Source of the DNA: Octopus vulgaris
Taxonomy: Eukaryota
DNA length: 64,000 bases
Reading direction: 5' to 3'
Assembly: GCA_951406725.2 (NCBI GenBank)
Contig: OX597818.1
Coordinates: forward strand, 30,442,001 to 30,506,000
This document shows positions 13,535-26,220 of this stretch, piece by piece. The position numbers were made by a program, and so were the translations under genes. Numbering within the stretch: the stretch's first letter is position 1; the number at the start of each line of letters is the position of its first letter. The notes beneath the pieces are model-generated. The model worked only from the letters and a program-made list of their open reading frames with translations, was not told the DNA's origin and did no database searches.

Positions 13535-14450
13535 ACCCTTGTCTTAACATCACACAATGGATGTAAATGAGCACCATCGTCATATAAGTGATGTTGTTTG
13601 TTTTCAAGGTTGGCAACAGGAAGGGCATCTGGCCATGGAAATTTACCTCAACAAACTACATCTGAACCATGACAAAGCTGATGATGATGATGATGATATA
13701 TGTGGGTGGGTGCAAGAGAGAGGAGAATAGGGAATAGAGAATAAAACAGTGTCATAGGGATGTTGTTATGACACAGGTACTTTCAGATCTGGTGGAGGCA
13801 GGGTTGATTTGCACCTGGTGGGGCTCCTGAGCCAAACGTTTTTAGGGGCATCCTATGATTTTACTTATTCAAAACATAATAAGACTATAAAGAGGGTTCC
13901 GTTAAATCTAGGGGCCCAAACAGTTTTGAAGAGGCCCCAAAACTTAAAAGGGCCTCAGTAGATTCAGAGGAACTCAGTTAAAATTAATGACTTTTTAAAT
14001 CTAAAAGGGCCCAGTAAATCAAAAGAGGGTTTAGCAAATTTAAAAGAACCCTATTGGGTTAAAAAATCTAAACAAGTAATAAAAAAACAATTAAAAATTA
14101 TTTATTTGAATGCTGTAAATATCTCTTATCTTTTATCTTTTACTTGCTTCAGTCACTAGACTACGGCCATGCTGGGGCATCTCCTTGAATTTTTAATCGA
14201 ATCAATTGGTCCCAATATTTACGTTATTTTTTTAAGAAGTGAAACTTATCCTATCAGTCTCTTTTGCCAAACTACTAAGTTATGGGGACATAAACACACC
14301 AACACTGGTTGTCAAATGGTGGTGGGGGAAGGGTAGGGACAAATACAGACACAAAAACACACATGAATAGAGATATATACATATACTAGCAAATCTACTC
14401 ATAACAATGCAGGTATAAAATGTGTGAGGGTAGTTATAACAGTAGTACGT

Positions 14451-14836
14451 GGAGGCGCAATGGCCCAGTGGTTAGGGCAGCGGACTCGCAGTCATAGGAT
14501 CGCGGTTTCGATTCCCAGACCGGGCGTTGTGAGTGTTTATTGAGCGAAAACACCTAAAGCTCCACGCGGCTCCGGCAGGGGATGGTGGTGATCCCTGCTG
14601 TACTCTTTCACCACAACTTTCTCTCACTCTTACTTCCTGTTTCTGTTGTACCTGTATTTCAAAGGGCCGGCCTTGTCACTCTCTGTGTCACGCTGAATAT
14701 CCCTGAGAACTACGTTAAGGGTACACGTGTCTGTGGAGTGCTCAGCCACTTACACGTTAATTTCACGAGCAGGCTGTTCCGTTGATTCGGATCAACTGGA
14801 ACCCTCGTCATCGTAACCAACGGAGTGCTTCCATCC
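14451..14836 (+). mobile_element. tRNA-derived SINE family C (tail type 2), young copy
   Basis: Head GGAGGCGCAATGGCCCAGTGGTTAGGGCAGCGGACTCGC...GGTTTCGATTCCC; perfect 13-bp TSD AACAGTAGTACGT (14438-50 / 14837-49). Confidence 0.9.
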
Positions 14837-15908
14837 AACAGTAGTACGTATTGAAAATGTGTAAATGGACTTGATATGCAACTGGACAATGTCTTAGAGA
14901 AATCACAATATTGTTGGTGATACAGCATTCTATTTCAGCTATACGACATGTATTTGTGACTAAGTAACATGTGATGATGACTCACTCCCGAACTGAAATA
15001 GGCTCCCAGCCTCTGAATCATGAATGGTAATGTGGACCACTCCTAATGAAAGCTGGAGCTTCCTTCGACCACTACATAAAAAGTATTAAGAAAAAAATAT
15101 TATTTAGATATACTTTTATTTTATTTACACTACGTTATGCTTGTTTATACTCTTATACATTCAAAGTTCACAAAGTTCCTTATTTAAATTATGAATCATA
15201 TTCCTTTTGATAATACCAATATGATTATAAAACTTCTTTGTAGACAATATTTTCTGTTTGGTCAACACAAATGTTCAAATTACTGGAGTCCGTTGCTCTA
15301 CTCAGCAACGTATAACTGGCTGTGTGTAAATATCAGAGTGAGTAAAAATACATCTACATTATCTAAAGTCTGACCCTGTGCCTTGTTTGCTGTGAATGCC
15401 AAGTGGAATCTTTAGGGTTTCAAAAAATCAAACTAAGCCTTACCTCTCACTGTTCTATGCGAATAATGTCTGGATGTTCTGGTACCATGGGTTATTTTGA
15501 TTAAAAAACTGAGATGTAAACAACAGCCACTTTGATTAGCTGTTTCAAATCCTGCTTGAGACTGACACACTTCAATAACCACTAAATAATCACACACACT
15601 TTTTCCATTTTATTTTTGATATTAACCGTCCTCACAACCCTTTTTGTATCTACAATAGGGCCATGAACTATACAAAGAAAATCCAGAGTTACTCATGGTT
15701 GGTGAATTTTTAATAAAAATGCAAAGGTGGTTTATCAATTCAAAAATTGATATCCTTGAAATAATCATACTTTCTGATTTTTGAAAGCTAAAAATTCTCC
15801 TAACGATCAACTTTGTAATCCTGAAAAATATTGTAACCATCGGTCCAGCCATCTGGCCATGAGGGAACATATAAAGAGATGGACAGACAGACGAGCATAA
15901 TGCCCATT

Positions 15909-16215
15909 GTGGAGGAACATGGCCTAGTGGTAAGAGCAGCGGACTCGCAGTCGAGGGATCGCGGGTTTGAATCTCAGACCGGGCGATGTGTTTGTTTATG
16001 AACGAAAACACCTAAGCTCCACGCGGCTCTGGCAGAAGGTAGTGGCGAACTTCTGCTGACTCTTTCACCACAACTTTCTCTCACTCTTTCCTCCTGCATC
16101 TTGCAGCTCATCTGCGATGGACCGGCGTCCCGTCCAGGTGGGGAACCTATACGCCAAGAAACCGGGAAACCAGCCCTTATGAACCAGGCATGGTTCGAGA
16201 AGGAACAAACAACAA
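15909..16215 (+). mobile_element. SINE family C (tail type 1 variant)
   Basis: TSD ATAATGCCCATT / ATAACGCCCATT; inserted in a Helitron-like remnant. Confidence 0.85.
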
Positions 16216-17329
16216 ATAACGCCCATTATAGTAAGAGAGCCAATCTGCCCATCTATGATAGGAAATAAAGGGATAGTATAACAAATCTAAACCCTCTAAA
16301 TTCACGAATTATATGGTGGGGGGATCCAGAGTTAATCTTCGTAGCCGGAATTTTAACAAGAAATATCAAAGCTGATTTATTAATATAAAACTCAATATCC
16401 ACTAAAAAAACATACTCTTTCATTAAAAACCTTCCTGATTACCTCTGTAATCCCCAAAAACATCATGACCATTGGTCCAGCTGTTTGACCGTGAAGCGGG
16501 AACAGACAGACAGACAAATATAATTATCTAAGATATATACGATGGGCTTTCAGTTTCTGTCTACTAAATCCACTCACAAGGCTTTGGTTGACCCAAGGTT
16601 ATATAGCTAACACTTGCCCAAAGTGTCATACAGTGGGATTGAACCTGGAACCATGTGGTAGGGAAGCAAGCTTCTTACCACACAGCCATGCCTGCACCCA
16701 TATATGTTTTGATTTTTAACTCCAAGCTTTAGTCTTCTCTGAGTTGAGGGAAACTCTAATGCTTGGCACTCTTAAAGCTTGAAGACCCTGAGACATGGCC
16801 CAAATTCGCCCATACATAAATCGTGCTCTAAGTAGAAGCCATCAAGCCATCCACTGGTCTGATCAAAACCGATTATCTCCAGACAGACAGAAAAGAAAGT
16901 AGTAAAAAAGCAAAGAAGCAGCCCCAACATAGGACTGGTACTTTATTGACCTAAAAAGGATTAAAGGCAAAGTTCACCTTGGCAATACTTGAGCTCAGAG
17001 TGTAGAGGTCCAGAACAAATATTGTAGGGCAATCTTTCTTAATATCTCAGCCAGTTTACTTCCTTACACGTGTAACAACAGAACTAAGTTTTCAACAGTT
17101 GTCTACTCTAAGTTTTATAGAGCTGCTTTTCGAAACAACTTTTCACAATACCATTAACATTTAATAAGAGCAAGGCTAATAAAAATTCTAACACCCATGC
17201 CAGCATGGAAAGCAGACATTAAACGATAATGATGATGATGATGATGATGATGATGACGATAAATAATAAATGCATATGGCAATTAATTATGATGGAGATT
17301 AGTAGGATGGGGATTAATATGACTGTAAT

Positions 17330-17670
17330 AGAGAAGAGACTCAAGGAGAGGCAGGATTTTACAGGAAGTGGGGGGAGTGGAGAGCGGGGAAACCGAAAGG
17401 ACTGAAAGAGAAAAGGTGGTAGTGGGGTGGGGGTGGGGATAAAAAACGAAAGGCGGGATAAGAGAAGAAATAGGGAAAGAGGAAAACAGAGAGAGAGAAG
17501 AAATAACCCAGAAGAAGAGAAGGGAAAAGGAAAACAAAAAAGGAAGAAAAGAAGCAAGGATTGAAAAGAAAGCAACAAGTGGAGAAAGAAGCAAGAGAAA
17601 TGAGAATGAAATAGAAAAAGTGAAGAAAGAGAGAGAGTAGGAGGGAATAAACAGAAAGAGAGAACAAACA
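17330..17670. repeat. Polypurine low-complexity tract
   Basis: Almost entirely A/G on the plus strand. Confidence 0.85.
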
Positions 17671-18371
17671 GTATAAACTGTGACAGATTTATGTGGTATC
17701 AAATGTTGTCAGGATGTTTTTTTTTTTCCATAACTCAGCAGAATTTCACTTTACTGTTGTATCTATTCTTATTTACTTTTGCTCACAACATAGACTAGTT
17801 TTTTCCTTTATTGTGTCTGTGGTTATAATTAGTGTAGTTGATATTTCTTTTATTGCTATCTTTGTTGCTGTTCCTAGTACTACCATTATTGAGATTTTCA
17901 GCATTCCCACAAACACTTATTTTATTTTTGTTAATGTCTATATTATTATTTTTACGAGGACTATTTGAATGGGCTTGATTACTTTCTTTCTCACAATTGT
18001 AATTCTTATTGAAGGATTATTTCTGTCTTAACACCCAACTGTGTTAGTGATCTACTGGTTTAACTTCCTATTATTGAGTTAATGAATGTGGTATTGTAAG
18101 TTATCATGAATGTGGTATAGTAAGTTATTAGATGTTACATTATTAGATGTTGGATTATACAATTGCTTCATTTGGTAGCCATGTTTAATTCGTGGAGAGA
18201 AAATTACCATACAGAAAACTTTACATTTCTTTTTATTAACATTTCTTTTTCCTACTTTTATTCCACATTTCTGTTTATTATTTACTAAAGTAAAATTATT
18301 CTGACAACTTCTAGTTATATAATTTTAGTTTGTCATGTCTTTATATAGGATGTAAATAGCAAAATAAGTTC

Positions 18372-18490
18372 ATATAATCTAGACCTGAAGATTGGCAATA
18401 TAATCGTTTTAATATGGTATTGTATTTCGATACCTTCTATTTCAGCAATATCGAAGAATATGTTGTCATGAAACATGCGTAGTCTATATA
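18372..18490 (+). ncRNA. Type I hammerhead ribozyme motif (Penelope pLTR type, extended stem II)
   Basis: Stem I TAGAC (18380-84) / GTCTA (18482-86); core CTGAAGA (18385-91); stem II TGGCAATATA / TATGTTGTCA with an internal TTCGATA / TATCGAA hairpin; GAAA (18470-73); stem III AC-ATGC-GT; cleavage triplet GTA. Confidence 0.72.
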
Positions 18491-18663
18491 ATGTAAAATA
18501 TGATTTAGAATAATAATTGAAGGTATTAATTTTGATAATTTAATATTTAGTCCTATATGTACCTATCGTGGATAATGTCATTCAATGATGATTGAGTTGC
18601 TTGAGGGTGATTCTGTCTCTTAAACCTATCTATTTATCTCTCTCTCTCTATATATATATATAT

Positions 18664-19534
18664 ATAAATTAGTAATGCAATACTAGAGTATTGCTTTCCA
18701 GTAAAGAATAGCCTGTGAGGGAAAAATATACAAAGAAGTAAATATATGGCACAACGAAGTACCGATATTTACTGGAAATAGCGAACGTAATAATACGACG
18801 CTAATGTATAGCTTCACCGCGTATGTACTAGCAAAAATGCATGAGTGCAACAAACTTGAAAAAAATTGTCTTACCTCCAGGGAGAACATCTGAAAGATGA
18901 AATACCTAGAAAAGGATAATGTGGGACCGGCGTCGGTTTCAGATGTTCTCCCTGGAGGTAAGACAATTTTTTTCAAGTTTGTTGCACTCACGCATTTTTG
19001 CTAGTACATACGCGGTGAAGCTATACATTAGCGTCGTATTATTACATTCGCTATTTCCAGTAAATATCGGTACTTCGTTGTGCCATATATTTACTTCTTT
19101 GTATATTTTTCCCTCACGGGCTATTCTTTACTGGAAAGCAATACTCTAGTATTGCATTACTAATTTATTGAAACTTCTTCACCATTCTCGTGCTGTTAGC
19201 GTTTCGGCGTTTCAGTCGAGTGTATTGGCATTAATGTGGTAACATCTGAAATGTTGTCGTGGTATATGTTTGGCTGATGAAGATAGATCAAGTATATGTG
19301 TGCAGGCATATCTTGAAAAATCTGAAACCGACGCCGGTCCCACATTATCCTTTTCTAGGTATTTCATCTTTCAGATGTTCTCCCTGGAGGTAAGACAATT
19401 TTTTTCAAGTTTGTTGCACTCACGCATTTTTGCTAGTACATACGCGGTGAAGCTATACATTAGCGTCGTATTATTACGTTCGCTATTTCCAGTAAATATT
19501 GGTACTTCGTTGTGCCATATATTTACTTCTTTGT
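18664..19534 (+). mobile_element. Non-coding hammerhead-bearing retroelement (Penelope pseudo-LTR / retrozyme-like): 432-bp unit in partial tandem plus an inverted copy
   Basis: tttcagatgttctccctggagg starts at 18937 and again at 19369. 18664-18895 is a near-perfect inverted copy of 18937-19168. (TA)n tracts flank both ends. Confidence 0.75.
19261..19350 (+). ncRNA. Type I hammerhead ribozyme motif
   Basis: TGG-CTGATGA (19274-80); stem II AGAT/ATCT extended by TCAAG-ATATG / CATAT-CTTGA; GAAA (19324-27); stem III CCG-ACGC-CGG; GTC cleavage triplet (19337-39); CCA pairs back to TGG (stem I). Confidence 0.82.
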
Positions 19535-19550
19535 ATATATATATATATAT

Positions 19551-20140
19551 ATATTATCAGAAATGTATTATAAATCCATCATGGCTGATCTTACCAATTG
19601 GTTTCACACAAGGAATACAATGGAGGGATAAGTGACAATCCAATCATATAACCTTAGGCTCATTAGAGTTAGCCAATATAGAAGGGAATGTGGATTAACA
19701 CAATCAGTATGTGGCTGCTGTGAAAAAGGTGGTGGGACGAAAAAGAGTCAGGAGATTAGGTTAGGAGTTTTATCCTTTGGTTGGGTATGCTGTGAGGTCA
19801 GTATGAGTTGTTTTGAATTGTTTGTGGGGAAAGTGTGCATTATTAAGTGCGGTGCTCTGTGGGGAGGAGATGTGTGATATGTGTAGTGTTGTCATATGCA
19901 TAAGTTTTTCCAGGTATATATAGCTGTGTTCATTGGTCTGTTTTCTCTCTGTAATGGTCGTGTTAATCCAGTTCTGACAATAGAGAGCAGTTGCTATACT
20001 CCCTTCCACATTGGCTAACTCTGATGGGTTAAGGTTATATAATCGGATTGTTACCTAACACTCCATTGTATTCCTTGCATGAAACCAATTGGTAAGATTA
20101 ACCGTGATAGATATTTAATACTATACATTTCAGATAATAT
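19551..20140. mobile_element. MITE with ~140-bp imperfect terminal inverted repeats (TA-flanked, Tc1/mariner-like)
   Basis: 19551-19690 is the reverse complement of about 19995-20140 (shared core atcttaccaattggtttca..caaggaatacaatggag). Confidence 0.7.
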
Positions 20141-20669
20141 ACCCACTCTATTGATAGATATATGAGTGCATCTTTTCCTTGACTTATGGTCTCTTAGATG
20201 ACTCACGTGTATATATATATATATATATATATATAAAGAGAGAGAGAAAGGGAGAGTGAGAGCAGAAATGCTTTCTAAGTCTAAGAAGATAACTTCATAG
20301 AGTTTTCCATTATGATAATGGCATTCATCCCACTTCACATAAAAATTTACAATAGGAAATGTATATAGTTGTTAAATTTTCAGGTGAAATAATAGTAGCT
20401 ACAGTAAAAAATATTTGCATTTTCAACTGAAATAAGACCTGTAAAGCAAATGCCACAATTGTGCAGAGTAAAAGATCATGCATTGATAATGTGTTGGGTC
20501 ATAATTTCAGAGGTCAACAAAATTCACACTGAAAGGAAATCTGGTCACCTAAAGAACAGCAGAGGTCAAATATTTATGATAGACTGGAATAAATGATAAC
20601 CAATCATCTTGCACAAAGTGAAAATGATTAAATAAAATTATAATGTATAAAATTTTAATTTCTACTCAC

Positions 20670-20849
20670 CATTCTAAGTCCAAGATTTCTAAGTATTCCA
20701 GCATACTGAGAGAACTTATTTCTGATATGTCATTGAAGGAGAGGTAAAGCTCTTTTAAATTTGAAAGAGATCCAATACCATCTAGATCTTGGAGACAACA
20801 TTGTGACATCCATAAAATATTCAATCCATGGAGAGAAGAACCAAGATCT
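20670..20849 (-). CDS. LRRC56: LRRC56-like coding exon 3 (RDLGSSLHGLNILWMSQCCLQDLDGIGSLSNLKELYLSFNDISEISSLSMLEYLEILDLE)
   Basis: Acceptor tttgtcTAG, donor TG|GTGAGT, 180 nt, phase 2 to 2. Tandem LRRs closely follow LRRC56 (RDLG...LDLDGI...LKELY...LEVLDLE). Confidence 0.93.
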
Positions 20850-22139
20850 CTAGACAAAGACAAAAACACAGAGATAAATAATTAATTCAACGATATGAAA
20901 AAATAATCCTATTTGTGATTGACAGTTGTGTTCCTTACACCCAAGAAAATTTCCCAACATTTCTGACCATTGACCATTGATTCGTTCTTACTGCGTCCAA
21001 CCTTGCATTTCTAAAATAACAGAGATGATCTTTAATAATCATTTAAATTCTTTTGATTCTTCAGCAACTTCTAGTTTAAATTCTTCTGAACCAGATCCAC
21101 TAGAGATTATGTCTTTTACATCACATTCTAATATTCTGTTTCCTTTGTTGATTTTGTGAAGAACTGAGTTATTGTAAAAAGTATTGTATCTGTCACAAGT
21201 ATTACCTGTCATTAGTGTCTCCTAACATCTCTATTTGTGATAACATATCTCAAAACTCAGTCATCTCACTGAATCTTTTCCTATTCAATGTCAATGAATA
21301 ACTCACTTCAACCATAAATGAACTTATGCAAATGAGAGCATCCTACATATTCACATAATTTCAAAACACAACATTAAATCTCTCTTTAAAAAAGAAATCA
21401 TCATCATCATCATTTAATGTCTGTAGTCCATGCTAGCATGGGTCAGATAGATTGACCAGGGCTGGTAAGCTGAGGTGTTGTACCAGAAACCAGTCTCATT
21501 TGGCATAGTTTCTACAGCTGGATACACTCCCTAATGCCAACCATTCCGAGAGTGTAATGGGTGTTATTACATGCCACTGGCACAACTACTATTTTACTTG
21601 GCTTGATGGGTTTTCTACACAAGCATGGCATATTACCAAATGTCTCAGTCATTTGTCATTGCTTCCATGAGACTTAATATTCAAAAGGTCCTTTTTATGT
21701 GCCACCAGCATTGGTGCTTAGTTAAGGGACACCAGCATCGGCTACATTGCTGATGTTGGTGTCCTGAGGTTTTTACGTGTCACAAGTACCATTTCACTTG
21801 GCTATGCAACACTATATCTCCCTCAAACATGAATTACCAACTAATACTTTACAATTGCTACAGTTGTTGTTAACTCTTATGACATCTCATTCTCCCTAAA
21901 GATATGACTGATTTACAAAGGTTTTATTTTCCTTTTACATTTAAATATCTAAAAATTAAATTCAACAGTTATTACACTTACATTTTCCTAGTTATGCCAA
22001 TTCTCCTAGGCTATGTGCAATATCCTACCTCCTCATCAGATAAATTACTAAAGTAAGAATAAGCTGTATAAATGGAGAAGTCAGCTAGTGGTAAGTTATT
22101 TCAAAACTATTTAACTATGTAAAGATACTTATTGGCACT

Positions 22140-22450
22140 GGCACTCTGCCGGTTATGACAATGAGGGTTCCAGTTGATCTGATCAAGGGAACAGCCTGCT
22201 CGTGAAATTAACATGCATGTGGCTGAGCACTCCAGAGACATGTGCACCCTTAATGTAGTTTTTGGAGGAGATCCAGTGTGACAAGGCTGGCCCTTTGAAA
22301 TACAAGTATTACTCATTTTTGCCAGCTGAGTGGACTGAAGCAATATGAAATAAAGTGTCTTGCTCAAGACACAATGCATTGCTGAGAGTTGAACTCACAA
22401 ACTTGCAATCATAAGCCAAATACCCTAACCACTAAACCACACACCTTCAC
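22140..22450 (-). mobile_element. SINE family D (different head, tail type 2)
   Basis: Shares its tail with 14650-14830; related copies at 37380-37700 (+), 8600-8820 (-) and 40528-40760 (-). Confidence 0.75.
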
Positions 22451-23220
22451 ACAGATACTACAACTAGTTAAATCCATTTAATCAATACAGAGAAAGAAAA
22501 AGATCAAAATCTACAGATTGCTTAAACATGTGAAAAGTATAAGTGCTCATAGCTTCAATCTGTTGCATGTTAATTGACCCCTGAAATTATATATCCAGTT
22601 CCCAACAAACCTTTAGATACATGTCCAATAGTCTAAAATGCAACAACATCAACATACATGACTCACTGTTTTTCCTGTCTTATCCAAACACAAATCCCAT
22701 AAACACACCCAATGAGTTTAAAGTCAGATACTTCGCTTTACTTTAATTCTGTACTAGGTTGTCAGTTACCCTTATTAAATCTGGAAACAGATAATGTTTT
22801 AAGTACATAGACTTTTCATACCACCAGAAACTGAATAGTGTGTACAAAATATTCCTGAATATTGTGAACAAAAAAAATAGATAACAGAGAGGTATCATGC
22901 CACACTCCTCTCACACAACCAGCCTCATGGCAAGTTTTGAATGTTTTGCTGCTGGACATTAGTGTTGCATCCAAGCATCCAACTGGCTACCTCTAAGGTA
23001 GACCAGCTACAAACAGGATTGAGCATAGCTTTTCAACCATAGTAATAAGGTATTAGAGACATGGCCAAAATTACATTTTATTTCAAAACATTTACAATAT
23101 TGACTGGTAAGGTAATAGAAGCTGTAGCTAGTTCTTGACTGAATGTATGAATGAAAGTTACTTTCACATTCCTATTTTATTCCATTACTGTTTTTACAAG
23201 ATTTGTCCTTGGTTGTTTAA

Positions 23221-23440
23221 CCCTTTCGTTACCAACCCGGCTGAAACCGGCTCTAGCTCTGAGTACAAATGTCTTGTTTTCATAAGTTTGGAATTAAAAT
23301 CTTCCACCAAACTTTAGTCACAATTGATGTTCCTAAAACTAGCTGAATGATAACTAAGTTATTTTACTAAATTCTTTGTTATATTTAAAGTAATTGAAAG
23401 AAACACTGAGCATCTCGAAATAAATACAGTAACAAAAGAG
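23221..23440. mobile_element. piggyBac-type MITE (second copy)
   Basis: TTAA|CCCTTTCGTTAC ... GTAACAAAAGAG|TTAA; colinear with 3176-3395. Confidence 0.85.
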
Positions 23441-23751
23441 TTAACAAATTTGAAACACACCCTGCTTACTTCTATCCTAAAGACGTTTTTTTCATTCCAT
23501 ACATTTTTTAACCTTTTACTTTTTCTACCTCATTACCTCATTATTTCATCACTTTCTCATTCTAAATCAAGAATATATGCTTCAATTTTCAAACTAATCA
23601 AGGAATTGTGAATCTTACTCAAATATTTCACTGGTAATTTGGAACATGTATGCTTGTTTTAAGACTGTTGTTGTTTAAACCAAAGTCAACCTCAATCAAG
23701 CAGACTTATGATCAAAAGTATTCTTGCAGTTACTATTCCATCTGTTTAGAG

Positions 23752-24211
23752 CAGGGGCCACCAAACTTTTTCAACCATCAACCCCCTATAGCCACTTCTC
23801 TTTCTGCATCGACCACCCTCCTCATTTAAAATATCTCAATACCCTCCCCATCATACCATATCTTAAATGCATACCAGGTACTGATGCTAGCAATTAAAAT
23901 GTTAGCTAAAATATACATGTATGACAGATTAAGAAATTCTATTGAAAATAACACACTTTTTACATTTACGAGTATACAGTATTAAACTTTCAATTTTTAT
24001 GAAATTGTTTTCACGGTTAGAAAATGTGAAAAAATCATCATATTGCTGGAATATCTTTTAAATTCAATGTGAAGGATGAGCATGGCGCTGACTAAGTATT
24101 TCAAGCAGTTCATCTGATTGAGCTGGTCTTTTGAACACTGACCCCCATTTGACCTCTGTAATTCCTCACCAATCCCTAGGGAGTCCCTTGGACCCCCTTT
24201 GGTGACCCCTG
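23752..24211. mobile_element. hAT-type MITE
   Basis: TIR CAGGGGCCACCAAA / TTTGGTGACCCCTG; 8-bp TSD GTTTAGAG / GTCTAGAG. Confidence 0.8.
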
Positions 24212-24720
24212 GTCTAGAGGTATGTATGACTGCATTATTTAATATCACTTCTCCTAACTAAGAGGCTTGGTTGTGATTCACCAGCAGATTAAATGTACAG
24301 GCTCCCTGCAGATGAAATTAAATCCTATTAGTAAACACATTGAATGGACTACTTTCTCAAACATTAAACTTTATTAACAGATCATGGGACTTTGTTTATT
24401 AAATAAGGAAATTTACAGTGTTCCGATAATCAACATTGTGGCCATAATTACTATTTTCATTGTATTTGATGAAGATAGAGTAGGGATGAAATATTAATTG
24501 AAAACTGTGACCAAAACTTCTTACTCTTCTTTATGAACTTACCAGTTTTGTTAGTCTTCTTAAATTCCTTAACAGTAAGAATTGGATTAGGACAAATACT
24601 GGTTCACTCATCTATTCCAACCCTCCAACATTGTATGAAAGTCTACTTCTTGGTCTTTAAAGAACCAAAAAGATACTTATCTATTAAGAAACTAAATTCT
24701 GTATAACACAAATATAATAG

Positions 24721-24890
24721 GCGCAGGAGTGGCTGTGTGGTAAGTAGCTTGCTAACCAACCACATGGTTCCGGGTTCAGTCCCACTGCGTGGCATCTTGG
24801 GCAAGTGTCTTCTACTATAGCCCCGGGCCGACCAATGCCTTGTGAGTGGATTTGGTAGACGGAAACTGAAAGAAGCCTGTCGTATATATG

Positions 24891-24923
<33 letters not shown>

Positions 24924-25128
24924 TTATCCCCCTAGCATTGCTTGACAACCGATGCTGGTGTGTTTACGTCCCCGTCACTTAGCGGTTTGGCAAAAAGAGA
25001 CCGATAGAATAAGTCCTGGGCTTACAAAGAATAAGTCCCGGGGTCGAGTTGCTCGACTAAAAGGCGGTGCTCCAGCATGGCCGCAGTCAAATGACTGAAA
25101 CAAGTAAAAGAGTAAAAGAGTAAAGAGT
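24721..25128 (+). mobile_element. SINE family A, full length
   Basis: Complete head, body and (GTAAAAGA)n tail. Confidence 0.88.
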
Positions 25129-26220
25129 ATAATTATGAATGTCCAGAAAATTGCTTGTTACAAGTAATTATTCCAAACAGAAATTTACTTATGAGGAAGT
25201 TCCTAAGTAGCGGTTCAGTGTTCTAGAAATAGTAGTCAAATAATCAAATCATGCCCTCCTGTCTTAAAAAAAAGGACACATTTGATATTGTAGGCTGGAT
25301 TATTCACTGAATAACAATTGACAAGCTAGCCATGTTTAGAATATCTTTCGTCATGGTTCTGCCTATTCAAGTTGGATACAAGATTTAAATTAATAACAAT
25401 AACAATTTGCTTAACCCAAATTGTTTAAATCGGAAATGAATTCATCCACCCTAACCTTGAACGAATTATACACTTACAGTTTTTGCTTTCAATACATTTT
25501 AGTACAGTTGTAAATACATGTTTATGTATAAGGTTTAGTTATAATTTTTTCTATCTTATTTTTTTTCTCAATATCATTTACTTTTGTTTCTGCAAAGTGA
25601 TTTTACTTCACCATTCCATATCTATGTGTGTGATCTTTTTTTAACTCATCTGGTGGAAACCTATTAAGTATCTTTGAAAATATAATTTGTATCAAATATC
25701 AAATAAAGCAAACTCCATTTGCTTAAGATATAAAATAAGAAGTATGTCAACAACAAAAAAATCCTTCAATTTATTCATCATTTTTACATCTGTTTCTTTA
25801 TGCTTGCATAGTTGGGTATATTTCTTTCAGCATAACATTTCACCACTTGTTGATGCTCTTCATCAGCTCCTTTGAGAAGTCCAACCCCTTAAGCTAAGTT
25901 TTCATCACTCTTCCTGTTTCTACTTTGATTTTCTCCCATAGTTTTCTTAAACTTGTATCACTTGGTACTTCTTTATCCTACTGTTATCCTCTGTAAACCT
26001 CACATGTTTGTACCAGTGCAGTCCTCTCTCTCTTACACACCACATCTGACTACTCTTACACCCAGTCTTTCTCTCAGCTCATTTATACTCTTTCATTCAT
26101 GCACACAAATATTACACAACCAGCAGAGCAGGATTACCTCATCTTTTTCAACCTAGATACATTCTCTGCATTCAACGCTTATGCTTTACTACCCATGCAA
26201 CATTATACACAAGCAGCATA

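Noticed and set aside
14451-14525. tRNA gene
   Set aside because: It is the tRNA-derived head of a multi-copy SINE with TSDs, lacking a proper acceptor stem and a T-run terminator. The same applies to the other SINE heads.
18683-19635. Three ORFs sharing the FQMFSLEVRQFF peptide as a gene family
   Set aside because: They result from the inverted and tandem duplication of one non-coding unit and show no recognisable domain.
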